This document shows, one piece after another, positions 14,301 to 27,873 of a DNA stretch of 64,000 nt (its first letter is position 1; each line of letters starts with the position of its first letter). The DNA comes from Octopus sinensis (Eukaryota): contig NC_043005.1 in the NCBI RefSeq assembly GCF_006345805.1, positions 20,708,001-20,772,000 of the forward strand, written 5' to 3'. Under the pieces are notes generated by a model that was given only the letters and a program-made list of their open reading frames with translations, was not told the origin of the DNA and did no database searches. A program made the position numbers and the translations under genes.

Positions 14301-17300
14301 TCTATCATCATCATCATTATTGTCATTTAACGTCTGCTTTCCATGCTGGCATGGGTTGGACGGTTTGACTGAGGACTGGTGAACCAGAAGGCTGCACTGG
14401 GCTCAGTCTGATCTGGCAAAGTTTCTACAGCTTGATGCCCTTCCTGACTCCATCCACTATGAGAGTGTAGTGGGTGCTTTTTACGTGCCACCGGCACGAG
14501 GGCCAGTCAGGCGGTTCTGGCAATGACCATGCTCAAAAGGTGCTTTTTGTACATGCTACCTGCACAGGAACCAGTCCGGCAGTACTGGCAATGACCACCT
14601 TCAAATATTGTTTTTCACATGCCACCAGCACATGTGCTGGTAAAGCGACGCTGGCAATGATCATTCTTGAATAGTGCTTTTTACATGCCACTAGCTTGGG
14701 AGCCAATCTGTGGCCCTGGCAACGATCATGCTTGGATGTGCTTTTAGCGTTCCACTAGCATGAGTGCCAATCAGGTGGTACTGTTATCGGCCATGTCAGC
14801 GATTTTGATTTGGTTTCATTTGCCTTAATGGGTCTTCTCAAGCAAAGTTTATTGTCCAATGAATGAGGAGTACTCATAAGTGGGTTGGTTACACCCCATG
14901 CTTGGATGTGCTTTTAACATTCCACTGGCATGAGTGCCAATTAGGCAGTGCTGTCATTAGTCATGTCAGTGATTTTGATTTTGATGTATGTATATATGTA
15001 TGTATATCTACATATCTCTATCTGTCTGTCTATATTGCTTATCTGGGTCCAGCATTTAAAAGATTGACATGAAGTAAAGCTTCTCTTGGACTTGTGACTG
15101 CTACATCACATCACATTTCAAAGACTATGCACTTGCAATCTAAGAACAAGAGATTTCTATTGAATGCCTAACCAACAAAAGGGAGAGTGAAGCACTTGGA
15201 CTTCCAAGTTGCAGCCAGAAATGTAGATTATGTCCTATTTCTGTGGAAGACACCACATGTGTGATTAGCAGCTGTCCAAAAATCTCATCAAGGTATGACC
15301 TCGCTATACGACATGATGTCGCCAAAACAATATATGTAAAATGATATTCAGAAAAAAAAATGTCCTGGAATAAATATAGAGAATCCCCATGTTATTGAAT
15401 ATGTACACATATATCATCACAAGGAATACTGGTGGAGTATTTCCATCAAAACATCTGTCGAGTGTAAACATAACACGCCAGATATTGTTGTTTGAGACAG
15501 ACAAGGAAAGTATGTACCATCACAGAGGTTGGCTGTCCTGCTGATGTGAATAATGCTTTGACAATCAGAGAAAGAAGATAATTATGGGCAACTGTTTCAA
15601 AACCTCAAACTTCTATATCCAGATTACAAATTTAGGTTTATACCAATAATAATAGGATAACTTTTGTAAGTAAAAGACTGTCAGTCTGGAAAGCTTGGAT
15701 TTTCAGAAAAAGAAATCAACCAACTTTCACATTACAAATACAATCTGTTAGTTGAACAGTAAAACTTTGCAAGAATTTGTATGTATATACGTACATACAT
15801 ATGTTTGTATGCACCTACTTATCTGCCTATCTAGCTACCTACCAACATTACCACCTACCTATGTACATGCATCCATACATACCTACGTACACACACTTAC
15901 ACAAACACACACACACACACACACATGCACATATTGTTATGTATGTTTTTATATTCTAGTGCAGATTTCTCAATTTGATTCATTCATGATATTTTATTTA
16001 TTGTAATGTTATTTTCTCCTTATTCTGACCTACCTCTAAACATACAAGCACAATTAGTGTCAATTTTTCTTTTCAATATCAGGTTTTTCACAAATTGACT
16101 GTGGACCTCCTAAAGAAGTTGATGGTTCAGTGAAGTCCTTTAATTCCACCTTGTATAAATCTGAAGTCACCTATACTTGCCCAAAAGGAGAAAAACTGAA
16201 GTCCATGTGTGAAAAGAACGATGAGTGGACTCCAGTAGTATCTTCTTGTAAAGGTAACATAAAATGCTTGTTGTCTCTGTGTATGTTGCTTCTGTCCCTT
16301 ATTTCATCTGTCTACATAAATTTGTTTTACACCAGTCTTTGATGTGAAGTAAATTCTTAACTACACAGCAAAAAACTCCATGCAAAACCACATTGTTGCT
16401 TATTAAACTTGTTATCTCCAGAGCTATGCCTCATCTCATCTTGGTCGTTTTCCTCTTAATTTCTAACTTGAACTTTTGCACCCATATTTTTGTTATCACC
16501 CAAAACCCTGCACAATACCCTCTTCCCAACTTTACCAAAACTTGGTTATCCTCTGGGAAAATAAAAAAATAAAAAGATGATGATGATGATTCTGCAATAC
16601 TCAATGTAGCAGGACTTCTATCTAGGACAAATTGAAGAAACCCACCACAAAAACATCACCCTGAATTCCATGGATAAGTGTGCTCTCCAGTTATTGTTCA
16701 ATTTACTTGTTTATGCCCTGTGATTTTCATTCATGCAGGCCCTTTTCGCTACTTTTACCTTACTTTCAATACTACCCTCGAGGACAGTGTCTTCCTTTCT
16801 ATTCTCACTTTCTTTGCTAGGGAAACTTCAAAAATACAAATGTGGGATTAATCAAACAAGAAAGTCACTGTCATCTGATCTATCAATCTTATCCATCTTG
16901 ACTAAAAATTCTACATGACAGTACCCCTGCATGGCTGAAGTTCAATAACTGAAGCAAGTAAAAGATAGAAGATAAGAAACTATGTTGACCATCCACAATG
17001 GGGTATTCACAATAGCTGGTCCATGATAAAATTTGAACTTAGTATTGGAGTCTAACAGATTTAAATGCTGTTATTATCTGGTTCAGGTCATAGAAAAGAT
17101 GGTGGACAACACTTGGTTCAATGTTAATGTATTTATTACAATAATAAACACTTACATTGACACACAAATGCTTAGGTTGGGCATGAACTATGTTCATGTC
17201 ACAGGTCTAGAAAGGAGGGTGGCCAAGAGTTCCATGACATAGCTTTATTTTTTCTGTCATAACTAGTTTATTGAAAGATAAAAACACTATTTTGTAATGT

Positions 17301-20300
17301 ATTATATATTTATTGTTTAAGCACATCATCAGGCATAAAAAAAAATCAATGAAATTGTGCAATAATCATGTCTTTCTCAAGAGCACCAACTCTCAATCTA
17401 AAGTGAACTGAATTAGGCTGAAAATCAAACTCAGTTAATGGATTCACATCTTTCTCCATTTGCACTAAACAAATAACAAGGGGAAAATACATAGGTGAAC
17501 TTAATGCATACAAAATATATTAAAAAATTGGCTATTTACTGAATGACAATATTATATTTGATTAGAATTTCTCAGCGAAATCCTTATGTTAATAACTTAT
17601 TCTGCTCATGAGATTCAGAAGTGACAAAATTATAAAAACAATCACTTTTTCTTCAGCTCACTAAAAGTATAAAATTCATTAGTTAAAATTTCTTATCTTG
17701 CTACATTAAGTTTTGTGTGTATATTCACTACATATTTATGTTTCTTCACTAGACGATGAAAATTAATTTATTTTAGTTTTATAAGTCAAAACATTGTAAA
17801 ATCACTTAAGTCAGGGGTCATAGTCCTTTTCATGACTAAGTATAGTTAGTGTCATCCATTTACATACTGGCTTGAAATCACAACAGAATTTATTTCACCT
17901 TTCATACTTCTGATGTGCATGGAACAAGCATTAGTTATGTACTGAGATTGGTATATTTTCATGTATCTTCACTGCAGAATGTGTCATCTTGTGTTTAAGT
18001 TAGAAACTATTATTAACAATAATTATCGGTATTCTTGTTGTGAAGGGTGATGGATTGCAAGACTCATTTGAGCATCAGACAAAATGTGTTGTGGCATGTG
18101 TTCTGGCTATTTTACTTTTGAGCTTAAATCCTTCTGATGCAAACTTTGCTCTTCTTCAGCCAATAAAATGCAGTGCCTGTCTTGTGTAGAAGCCAATTTA
18201 ATTGATTTATTCCTACCACTAGGTTTGGCCTAGTTTCTATATCACAGTTTATTATTCTTGTAATATTTCATTGCTTTAAATTTTATTTTAACTCTAGATG
18301 CTCAGATCCATTTTGTGAAAATAAAAGATGCAGCTCTGGATGAAACAGGGAAAACATTGTGGAGTAAGAAAAAAGTAACACCAGATGCATGTGCAGAAAA
18401 ATGTTTTTCTGACAAAAATTGTTTATCATTTGAAATAACTAAAGGAAGTGGACTGTGTTACTTATCAAAGCAAACTGCAGCTTCCTCCAAGAAAATAAAA
18501 ACAGACAAAAGCAGAGATTACTACCAACGAGTAAAATGTAAATATGTTTTGCATTTTATTATTGGATATTCTTTTCCTCACTTTCTGATTCCATTTGTAC
18601 TTCATAGTATATAGTATATAGACAACAATTTCTGTACAGACATTGACAGGTTTATCTATAAGGACAGAAATAAGTAGTATTAAGAACTGTTAATACTGTC
18701 AGGGCATTCTAAAACAATTTTTGTACACTTTGAACATTTAAATGCATGATTTTGATTAATTTTCTTTATACAGAAAAGCATCTTTTGTTTACTAAAACCT
18801 AGACAGTAGTAATGGCAGTAGCAGTAGTAGTGGTACTGGTAGTGTAGTGGGAGTGTCATAATAGCAGTAGTAGTAATATTATCTACTGCTTTCTCTTTAT
18901 TTTTGTATGTAGATGTGGTTTAGTGCTACTATTGGATAGTACCTCAAGACTTGTAGCTGTCGTACATAATCTGATATACACAAATTACAGAAAAAGTAAT
19001 GCCAAATAATGTGGTTGAGTATCTCCTATATTTTGGCATGGTTATTATGGCAGAATTCTCTTCCTGTCATTAACTATTATGTCACATTTAGAGAGTACAT
19101 TTTCCCATGTTACTAAAATTGTTTGATATGAATGAAGAATTCTCTTGATGTAAAACAAGTTCCTATTTAGAATAGTTCCATTTTATGAGAACAAAATAGC
19201 CAAGAATTTCACTTAGCTTATTTCAAAGATGTTCTTTATTCCTGAAATATTTCCTTATTCAAACTCAGAACATCAGGGGAAATTCACTAGGCTTAGAGTA
19301 AACCCAAAATTAGAAGACTCAGGAATACTAGGATGTCAATACAGTAATGATGAATTTTTCTCAGTTCAAAAGAAGGCAAGCCATTTCCATACGTATATCT
19401 ATGAGGACCTTCAACTGGGCTGAAGTTGCAGACTTCATTGCAGTCTTTGTACTAGTCACCCACAAGAACTTTAATCTGAGCATGTTTATACAGAGACAAT
19501 TGCCCTGAAATTTCAAGTAATATGAATGGCCATGCCATGAATATATATAAAAGAACTTAAAAGGAATCTCTAAGATGTTTGATTTAAACTAACATTTTAA
19601 CCATGTTCAACTAAATGAACATTACTTTAGTCTTGAAGCCAGGAATAAGATAAATAATACGCCTACAGAAAGCCTAACAAGGAGAACAACTTCCAGATTG
19701 TATTATGAAACATAGGAGCTGGCTTTGCTAAAAGAATCTGCAATTTATCTTCAAATAGAAAATAGAGACACTTTTGACAATATTTTGTGTATTACAACAA
19801 GGTGTTAGCTAGGATTGTGTTTATATAGAAGTTAGCATAAACAGATTATGCTCCACCTCCAAATCCAAAGAAAATTAAGAAAAGAAAATAAGTCAATCCT
19901 CTCTCCAGACTAAATGTTTCTATAAGTACTGCTAGAAAGTTTTTATCCTGCATTAGACACTGTTTCTCAGGTGCACATAAGCATGATAAACTGAGGAATG
20001 TGCATAGTATTATCTTGTTTGTTATTACGTTTTGGCTGATGTACTCGTAATAACAAACAATCTTGTTTGTTATTACGTTTTGGCTGATGTACTCTCCAAC
20101 CTTCATCAGGTGTTCTGGTGGAATTTCGAATCCAATCCTTTATTTGACTAATAGGATACATTGTTCCGATTCCTAAGGTATGTTGCTGATGTTATTTTTC
20201 TGTCGATATTATTTTTCGAGTCCCTACCTGTGATTGAACTTAGAATCTGAGGAATTTCAATGAATGTGGGGCACAAAATTGGTTCAGAGGATTCAAAGAA

Positions 20301-22421
20301 GGTGACACCAGTCTTGGAAATGAACCAGAGTCAGTGAGACCTTATGTGTGGAAGATGAAGACTTACTTGATGTGGGTTAACAGCCTAGCACAATCACTTG
20401 TACATTGCTGGCAGAAACTAGTCCTTCACTAACCATCATCAATCAACACCTCCATAAGCTCACCTCTGTGAATAGATGCTGTTAAGAAGATCCTCATGAA
20501 CTGAACAATTACCAGGCTCAACAACGTGTGAACATTTACAAACAACTGATGGCAAATCCACAAGATCACCATTTTTTTGCATCAAATTGTAACTAGGAAT
20601 AAAAATAGTTCTATTTCCATAATCCTAAGAGAAATCAGTGGCTTCATTTTGGCCAGGCTTTAGAACCTGTTGTCAAACAAGTTTGAACAGAAGGTTGTGT
20701 TGTGTGTTTGGTTGAATTTTGAGAGAATGTTACATTTTGAGCTTGTCCCAGATGGTCGTGCTGTGAATGCTAACCTTTATGATCAGTAACTACAGTGAGT
20801 ACATGATGCTTTGAAAGCCTACTACAGTTGACAATGCACACACCCACAGCACAACAGTACTCCAGAACATACTGCCATGGTGAACAAGTGCAAACTTGAG
20901 AAACTTGTGGTGTTGAAAGTGTTGCCCCACACTGACTACAGTCCAGACCTTGCACTGTCAGATTACCATCTTTTCTGAGTCATAGCTTATTTCTTGTATG
21001 GACAGAGAATCAATAGTATGGATGAAGGAAAACAAGTGTAAGAAATTTTTTGCCTCTACGTGAGCCAGGTGGTATAAGTATGGAATTAAGCTTCTGACAC
21101 AATAATGGCAACAGACAATAGAATATGATGAGATATATTTTGATAAATAAACACTTTTTGTATGTAATTTATTTGAACTAATATTTAAAGCTTAAAATAC
21201 ATAAAAAGTTTTGACCCAGCCTGGTATACACATGTACATATGTACACATGCATGCATACAGACAGACAGACACATGCAGACACACAATGGGCCTCTTTCA
21301 ATTTTCATCTATAAATCCACTCATAAGGCTTTTGTAGGCCCAAAGCTATTGTAGAAGGCACTTCTCAAACTGTCATGCAGAACAAAACCTAGAACCATGG
21401 GGTTAAGAAGTAAACTTCTTACCCCACAGCCACACCTATACTTGTTTGTAACACATTTCTCATTTGCAAAATTATCCTCCAGATGCTTTACAATATTTAA
21501 TACATACTAGTATGTATTAAGGTGGATGGGTGAGTATAAAATGTATTTTTTGTTTTCTTTTTTTCAGCTGATAAGCCTCTTCAAATTAAAAAAGTTAGCA
21601 TACCAGAGAAGGATAATATTGGAAGTCTTATGAATGTGAACTTAAAGACATGTAATGAAGCTTGCCTTCAGTATCCAGAATGTAATTCTTATGGGTACAA
21701 TGAGAAAGAAAAACTGTGTTACCTGAGCAATGTGACTCAGTTGACTGCTGAACTTAAACCAAACAATGGAGGTTGGGATGTATACATTATTAAACCAGGT
21801 CAGTAGTGTGTTTCCATTTAATTTGTATATCTGTCAATGTGTACTTGCACATATGTATATGTGTGTGTGTATATATGTTTGTGTGTGTGTGTGTGCATAC
21901 AGCAGTAGAGGGAACCTGTGGGAGATGTAGACCCAGACCCAGGAAGACCTGGGATGAGGTGGTGAAGCATGACCATTGAATATTGGACCTCATGGAGGCG
22001 ATGACAAGTGACCGAGACCTTTGGAGATATGCTGTGCTTGAGAAGACCTGGCAAGCCAAATGAGGCCTTAACTGTGGTCTATGCCAGTACAGCATAACTG
22101 GACCATTTAAGAGTACCCTTCAATCATTGGGCAATAAACTGTGCTTGTGGAGACCTGTTGAGGCAAGTGAAGTCATTGTCATGGCCAATGCCCATACTGC
22201 TTGACTGGTGACCGTGCCAGTGGCATATAAAAAGCACCATTCGGTGACATGTAAAAAGCACACACTACACGCTCGGAATGGTTGGCATTATGAAGGGCAT
22301 CCAGCTGTAGAAATCTTGCCAGATCAGATTGGATTCTGGTATAACCTTCTGGCTTGCCAGTCCTCAGTCAAACCATCCATACCATGCCAAAATGGAAAGC
22401 AGATCTTAAACGATGATGATG

Positions 22422-22457
<36 letters not shown>

Positions 22458-24158
22458 ATACACACACACACACACATGTGAAAGCTTGACTGAAATGAAG
22501 CTAGTATGCTTTGCTGGATGTGCAATGTCATTGTGCATGTATGACAAAGTGTGAGCATCTTAAGAGAAAAATTAGGGATAAGGGGCATGAGATGTGGTGT
22601 CCAAATGAGACAACTGCAATGGTATGGTCATGTGAAGCATATAGATGAGGACAGTTGCATAAAAAAGTACTGATATCTAACTGTGGAGGGAACCTGTGAA
22701 AGAAGTAGACCCTAGAAAATAAGGACAAGATGGTGAAGCATGATCCAACTAACCCATGCCAGCAGGGAAAGAAGATACTAAATGATTTTGATGATGATGA
22801 TGCTATAGTTAGGTAGATAAATAGACAAATAGATGGATATGTGTGTGTTTGTGAGTGATTTAATAAAATACAGAAAACAATTTGCATTTTGATTGTTAAA
22901 AATTACAGCGATTATAAGCTAAACAAGCACACGCATGTTTACTCACACACACACATGTAGATACATATAAGTTATTGATATCTCTATATATATAAAACTG
23001 AGAATGTGTGTGTGTCTGTCTGTTTGTCTGTCTGTGTGTTTCCCTAAAACGTGAGAACTACACAACCAATTTCATTCAAATTTTACACATGCCTTACTTG
23101 GGGTCCTGGGAGTGTCATTGGCAAAAGAAATTTTTAACTTTTTGCCTAGAGCGAGCCCACAGCAATATCATATCTCTCACTACGATTCCCCAATATAATA
23201 TTCATTGCATTGTGGGCATGTGATACAATATATCAGATTTTTGCTTTTGCAGTTCACATTTGCATTCACCTTCAATTCTTTTCCCAATCTCTACACTAAG
23301 AAGAAAAAAACACTCACACTGAGGATAAATGGAAAAATGGACTTAAAAATATCCTATTTGTCATCACTTACAATCCCAAGAACCACATATTCTACAAATA
23401 GCCAAACACCTTCTATGAATTCTACACCAGTCCCCATGTCTCTGACAAATAATCAACAGCCAAAGACAACCAGCAGGTCTTAAGAAACTTCTAACCAAAG
23501 CAAGATTTGCATCAGAGGAAGAAATGATGCAAGTTACCAAATGTAGAGACCCCCAATGTGGGACATGTGATCTAATAGAACAGAGACCAGCCAAAAAATT
23601 CAAGAATGGAAAAGAATTAAAGATGAATGCAAATATGAACTGTAAAAGCAAAAATCTGATCTATTGTATCACATGCCCATGATGCAATGAACATTATACT
23701 GGGGAAACGTAAACTAAACTAACCAACTGTGTAAATGTGCATACACATATATAAAACATCCCGTACTTAGATGCATAACATCATTTGAACACCTGTGCAG
23801 AAGGAAAATTTACAATTTTCATTCTTCATAAAAAAAATGAAGAGAACAACCGTCCCTGGAGGGGTAAAAGAAGAATATTTCATAAAATTTCTGATTCTGA
23901 AACTATACCAGAATTAGTCAACAACAATTTTACTGAAAACAACTTCCACTATATATAATAACATGTGCTTGAAAACATTAAGAAATGAAAGTGTTTGCAC
24001 ATCTATAAAAGCACAACCTACACATTTTGTGAAACCTTTTCCCAAAGGTTAGTATTTTTCCAATTTCTAGAAAGGTTCTTTTCTCAGTTTTAATTCTTTT
24101 AGAAAAAAATCTTCTCTCCAAATATATATATATATATATTTATGCATATGTATGTATG

Positions 24159-24228
<70 letters not shown>

Positions 24229-24423
24229 TCGTCTGGCACCCGTGCAGGTGGCATGTAAAAAGCACCCACTACACTCACGGAGTGGTTGGCGTTAGGAAGG
24301 GCATCCAGCTGTAGAAACACTGCCAGATCTGACTGGGCCTGGTGCAGCCTTCGGGCTTCTCAGACTCCAGTTGAACTGTCCAACCCATGCTAGCATGGAA
24401 AACGAACGTTAAACAATGATGAT

Positions 24424-24478
<55 letters not shown>

Positions 24479-24966
24479 ATATTATAAAATATTATTCGAG
24501 ACAAAACCACTATTTTGCAAAACAAACAAGGAAAGACTTAATCAATACATAAAATTTTAATAAATAGTCAAAAAAACCGCCACTACAATCGTTTCTTGTC
24601 TTGATCGACAATCTTCAGGTGGACTTCCAATAATTCAGTGTCAAATTATGAAGTAATTTGACACTGAATTATTGGAAGTCCACCTGAAGATTGTCGATCA
24701 AGACAAGAAACGATTGTAGTGGCAGTTTTTTTGACTATTTATTAAAATTTTATGTATTGATTAAGTCTTTCCTTGTTTGTTTTGCAAAATAGTGGTTTTG
24801 TCTCGAATAATATTTTATAATATTTTACTATAAAATCGATTTAATCCTAAATCTGATTTTTTCCCTGTAAATTTGGATTTATTCCCTAATATTTATTATG
24901 TATGTTTATATATATATGTATATATATATGTATGTATGTATATGTATATATATATATGTATGTATG

Positions 24967-25043
<77 letters not shown>

Positions 25044-25168
25044 GTATATGTATATGTATATGTATATATATATACATATGTATATGTATATATATGTATA
25101 TATATATACATATGTATATATATTTATATATATATATATACATATGTATATATCTATTTGTATATATA

Positions 25169-25245
<77 letters not shown>

Positions 25246-25314
25246 GTATATATATTTATACATATGTGTGTATATATATATATATATACACATGTATATA
25301 TATTTATACATATG

Positions 25315-25361
<47 letters not shown>

Positions 25362-25562
25362 TTAAATCCTTAAAAATGTTTCAGCCCAAAAGCTGTGGTC
25401 ATGCTGGGGCACCACCTTTGAATGAGCTACACTAGTATGTGAAGCCACCTCTGATATGTGGCTCTTGGTCAACAAGGGAATTTGACACTCCCACATCTGT
25501 GTTTCCTGCTGAGAGGTAGGTTCATCTGGAACCGATGACAAGAAGAGATCCAGTTTAGTATG

Positions 25563-25595
<33 letters not shown>

Positions 25596-25820
25596 GTATA
25601 TGTATATATATATATACACATTCGTATATATATATATGTATTTATATACACATTTGTATATATATACACATATGTATCTATATATATATTTATAGATATG
25701 TATATATATTTATTTATACATATGTATGTATAATATATATGCATATGCATATATATATATATATATAATAATAATAATATATATATATATATACATATAT
25801 ATAGTATATACATATATATA

Positions 25821-25858
<38 letters not shown>

Positions 25859-26475
25859 ATTATATATATATATATATATATATATGCATATGTATATATA
25901 TTATACATACATATGTATAAATAAATATAGTAATATACATCTGGAAAATCCTGGAGGGTCTTATCCCAAACTTTGGCATTCAAAGTTACTCCAACCGCAG
26001 AACGGGGCGCCGCTGCGTGGTGCCAAGGATTCCAACATCACCATCAAAATACAGGTCCAGATACTGCAACAGCTTGGGTTTCAGAGGACCACAGCTTTTC
26101 AACATCCTCCCTAAATGCCTGAGAGACTTACATGGTGTGGATGTGGGTTTCTTTAAAACTAAACTGGATCTCTTCTTGTTGGGAGTCCCAGATGAACCTA
26201 CCTCACGACAGGAGACACGGATGCGGGCAGCAGCATCGAACTCCCTTGTTGATCAAGTGCCACGTATCAGAGGTGGATTCACAAACTAGTGTGGCTCATT
26301 CAGCGGTGGTGCCCCAGCATGGCCGCGGCCTTCGGGCTAAAACATTTTTAAGGATTTAAGGATTTATATACATATCTATAAATATATATATAGATACATA
26401 TGTGTATATATATACAAATGTGTATATAAATACATATATATATATACGAATGTGTATATATATATATACATATAC

Positions 26476-26506
<31 letters not shown>

Positions 26507-27828
26507 CACATACTAAACTGGATCTCTTCTTGTCATAGGTTCCAGATGAACCTACCTCTCAGCAGGAAACACAGATGTGGGAGTGTCAAATTCCCTTGTT
26601 GACCAAGAGCCACATATCAGAGGTGGATTCACATACTAGTGTAGCTCATTCAAAGGTGGTGCCCCAGCATGACCGCAGCTTTTGGGCTGAAACATTTTTA
26701 AGGATTTAAGGATATATATATATATATATATACTATATATATGTATCATCATCATCATCATCATCGTTTAGCGTCCGTTTTCCATGCTAGCATGGGTTGG
26801 ACGGTTCTACTGGGGTCTGTGAAGCCAGAAGGCTTCATCAGGCCCAGTCAAATCTGGCAGTGTTTCTACGGCTGGATGCCCTTCCTAACGCCAACCACTC
26901 CGTGAGTGTAGTGGGTGCTTTTTACGTGCCACCCGCACTGGTGCCAGACAGAGCTGGAAAACGGCCACGAACGGATGGTGCTTTTTATGTGCCACCTGCA
27001 CGAGGGCCAGGCGAGGCTGGCAACGGACACGAAACGGGGCGGTGCTGGCAACGGTTGCGAAACGGAAAGTTCCCTTACATGCCACCGGCACTGGTAACAC
27101 ATCTGCAATTTCCATTGATCGATTTCGATTCTGATCCTCACTTGCCTCAACGGGTCTTCACAAATAGAGTTTCGACATGCCACCGGCACTGGTAACACAT
27201 CCGCAATTTCCATTGATCGATTTCGATTCTGATCCTGACTTGCCTCAACACGTCTTCACAAGTAGAGTTTGTGTCCCAAGAAGGGAAGGTATGCATACGT
27301 AGGCTGGCTCCATCCCATGTAGAAGGCCACAGGTTATGGACTCACTTGTCCTGCCGGGTCTTCTCGCACACAGCACACTTCCAAAGGTCTCGGTCTCTAG
27401 TCATTTCCTCAGTGAGACCTAAAGTTCGAAGGTCGTGCTTCACCACCTCGTCCCAGGTTTTCCTGGGTCTGCCTCTTCCACAGGTTCCCTCAACCGCTAG
27501 GGTGTGGCACTTTTTCACACAACTATCTTCATCCATTCTCGCCACATGACCATACCAGCGCAAACGTCTCTCTTGCACACCACAACTGATGCTTCTTAGG
27601 TCCAGCTTTTCTCTCAAGGTACTTACACTCTGCCGAGTGTGAGTACCGGCATTACACATCCATCAGAGCATACTGGCTTCATTTCTAGCGAGCTTACGCA
27701 TATCCTCAGCAGTCACGGCCCATGTTTCACTGCCATGTAGCATGGCTGTTCGTACACATGCATCATACAGTCTGCCTTTCACTCTGTGCGAGAGGCCTTT
27801 TGTCACCAGTAGAGGTAAGAGCTCTCTG

Positions 27829-27873
<45 letters not shown>

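Noticed and set aside
18535-18540. Fifth Cys at the end of A2 and A4 (RVKC in the ORF track)
   Set aside because: The TGT spans the donor (T|gt); after splicing to the B exon the codon is TCT (Ser).
24873-25983. Many 70-177 aa ORFs rich in Y/I/C/V
   Set aside because: Translations of (TA)n/(TG)n microsatellites on both strands; no coding signal.
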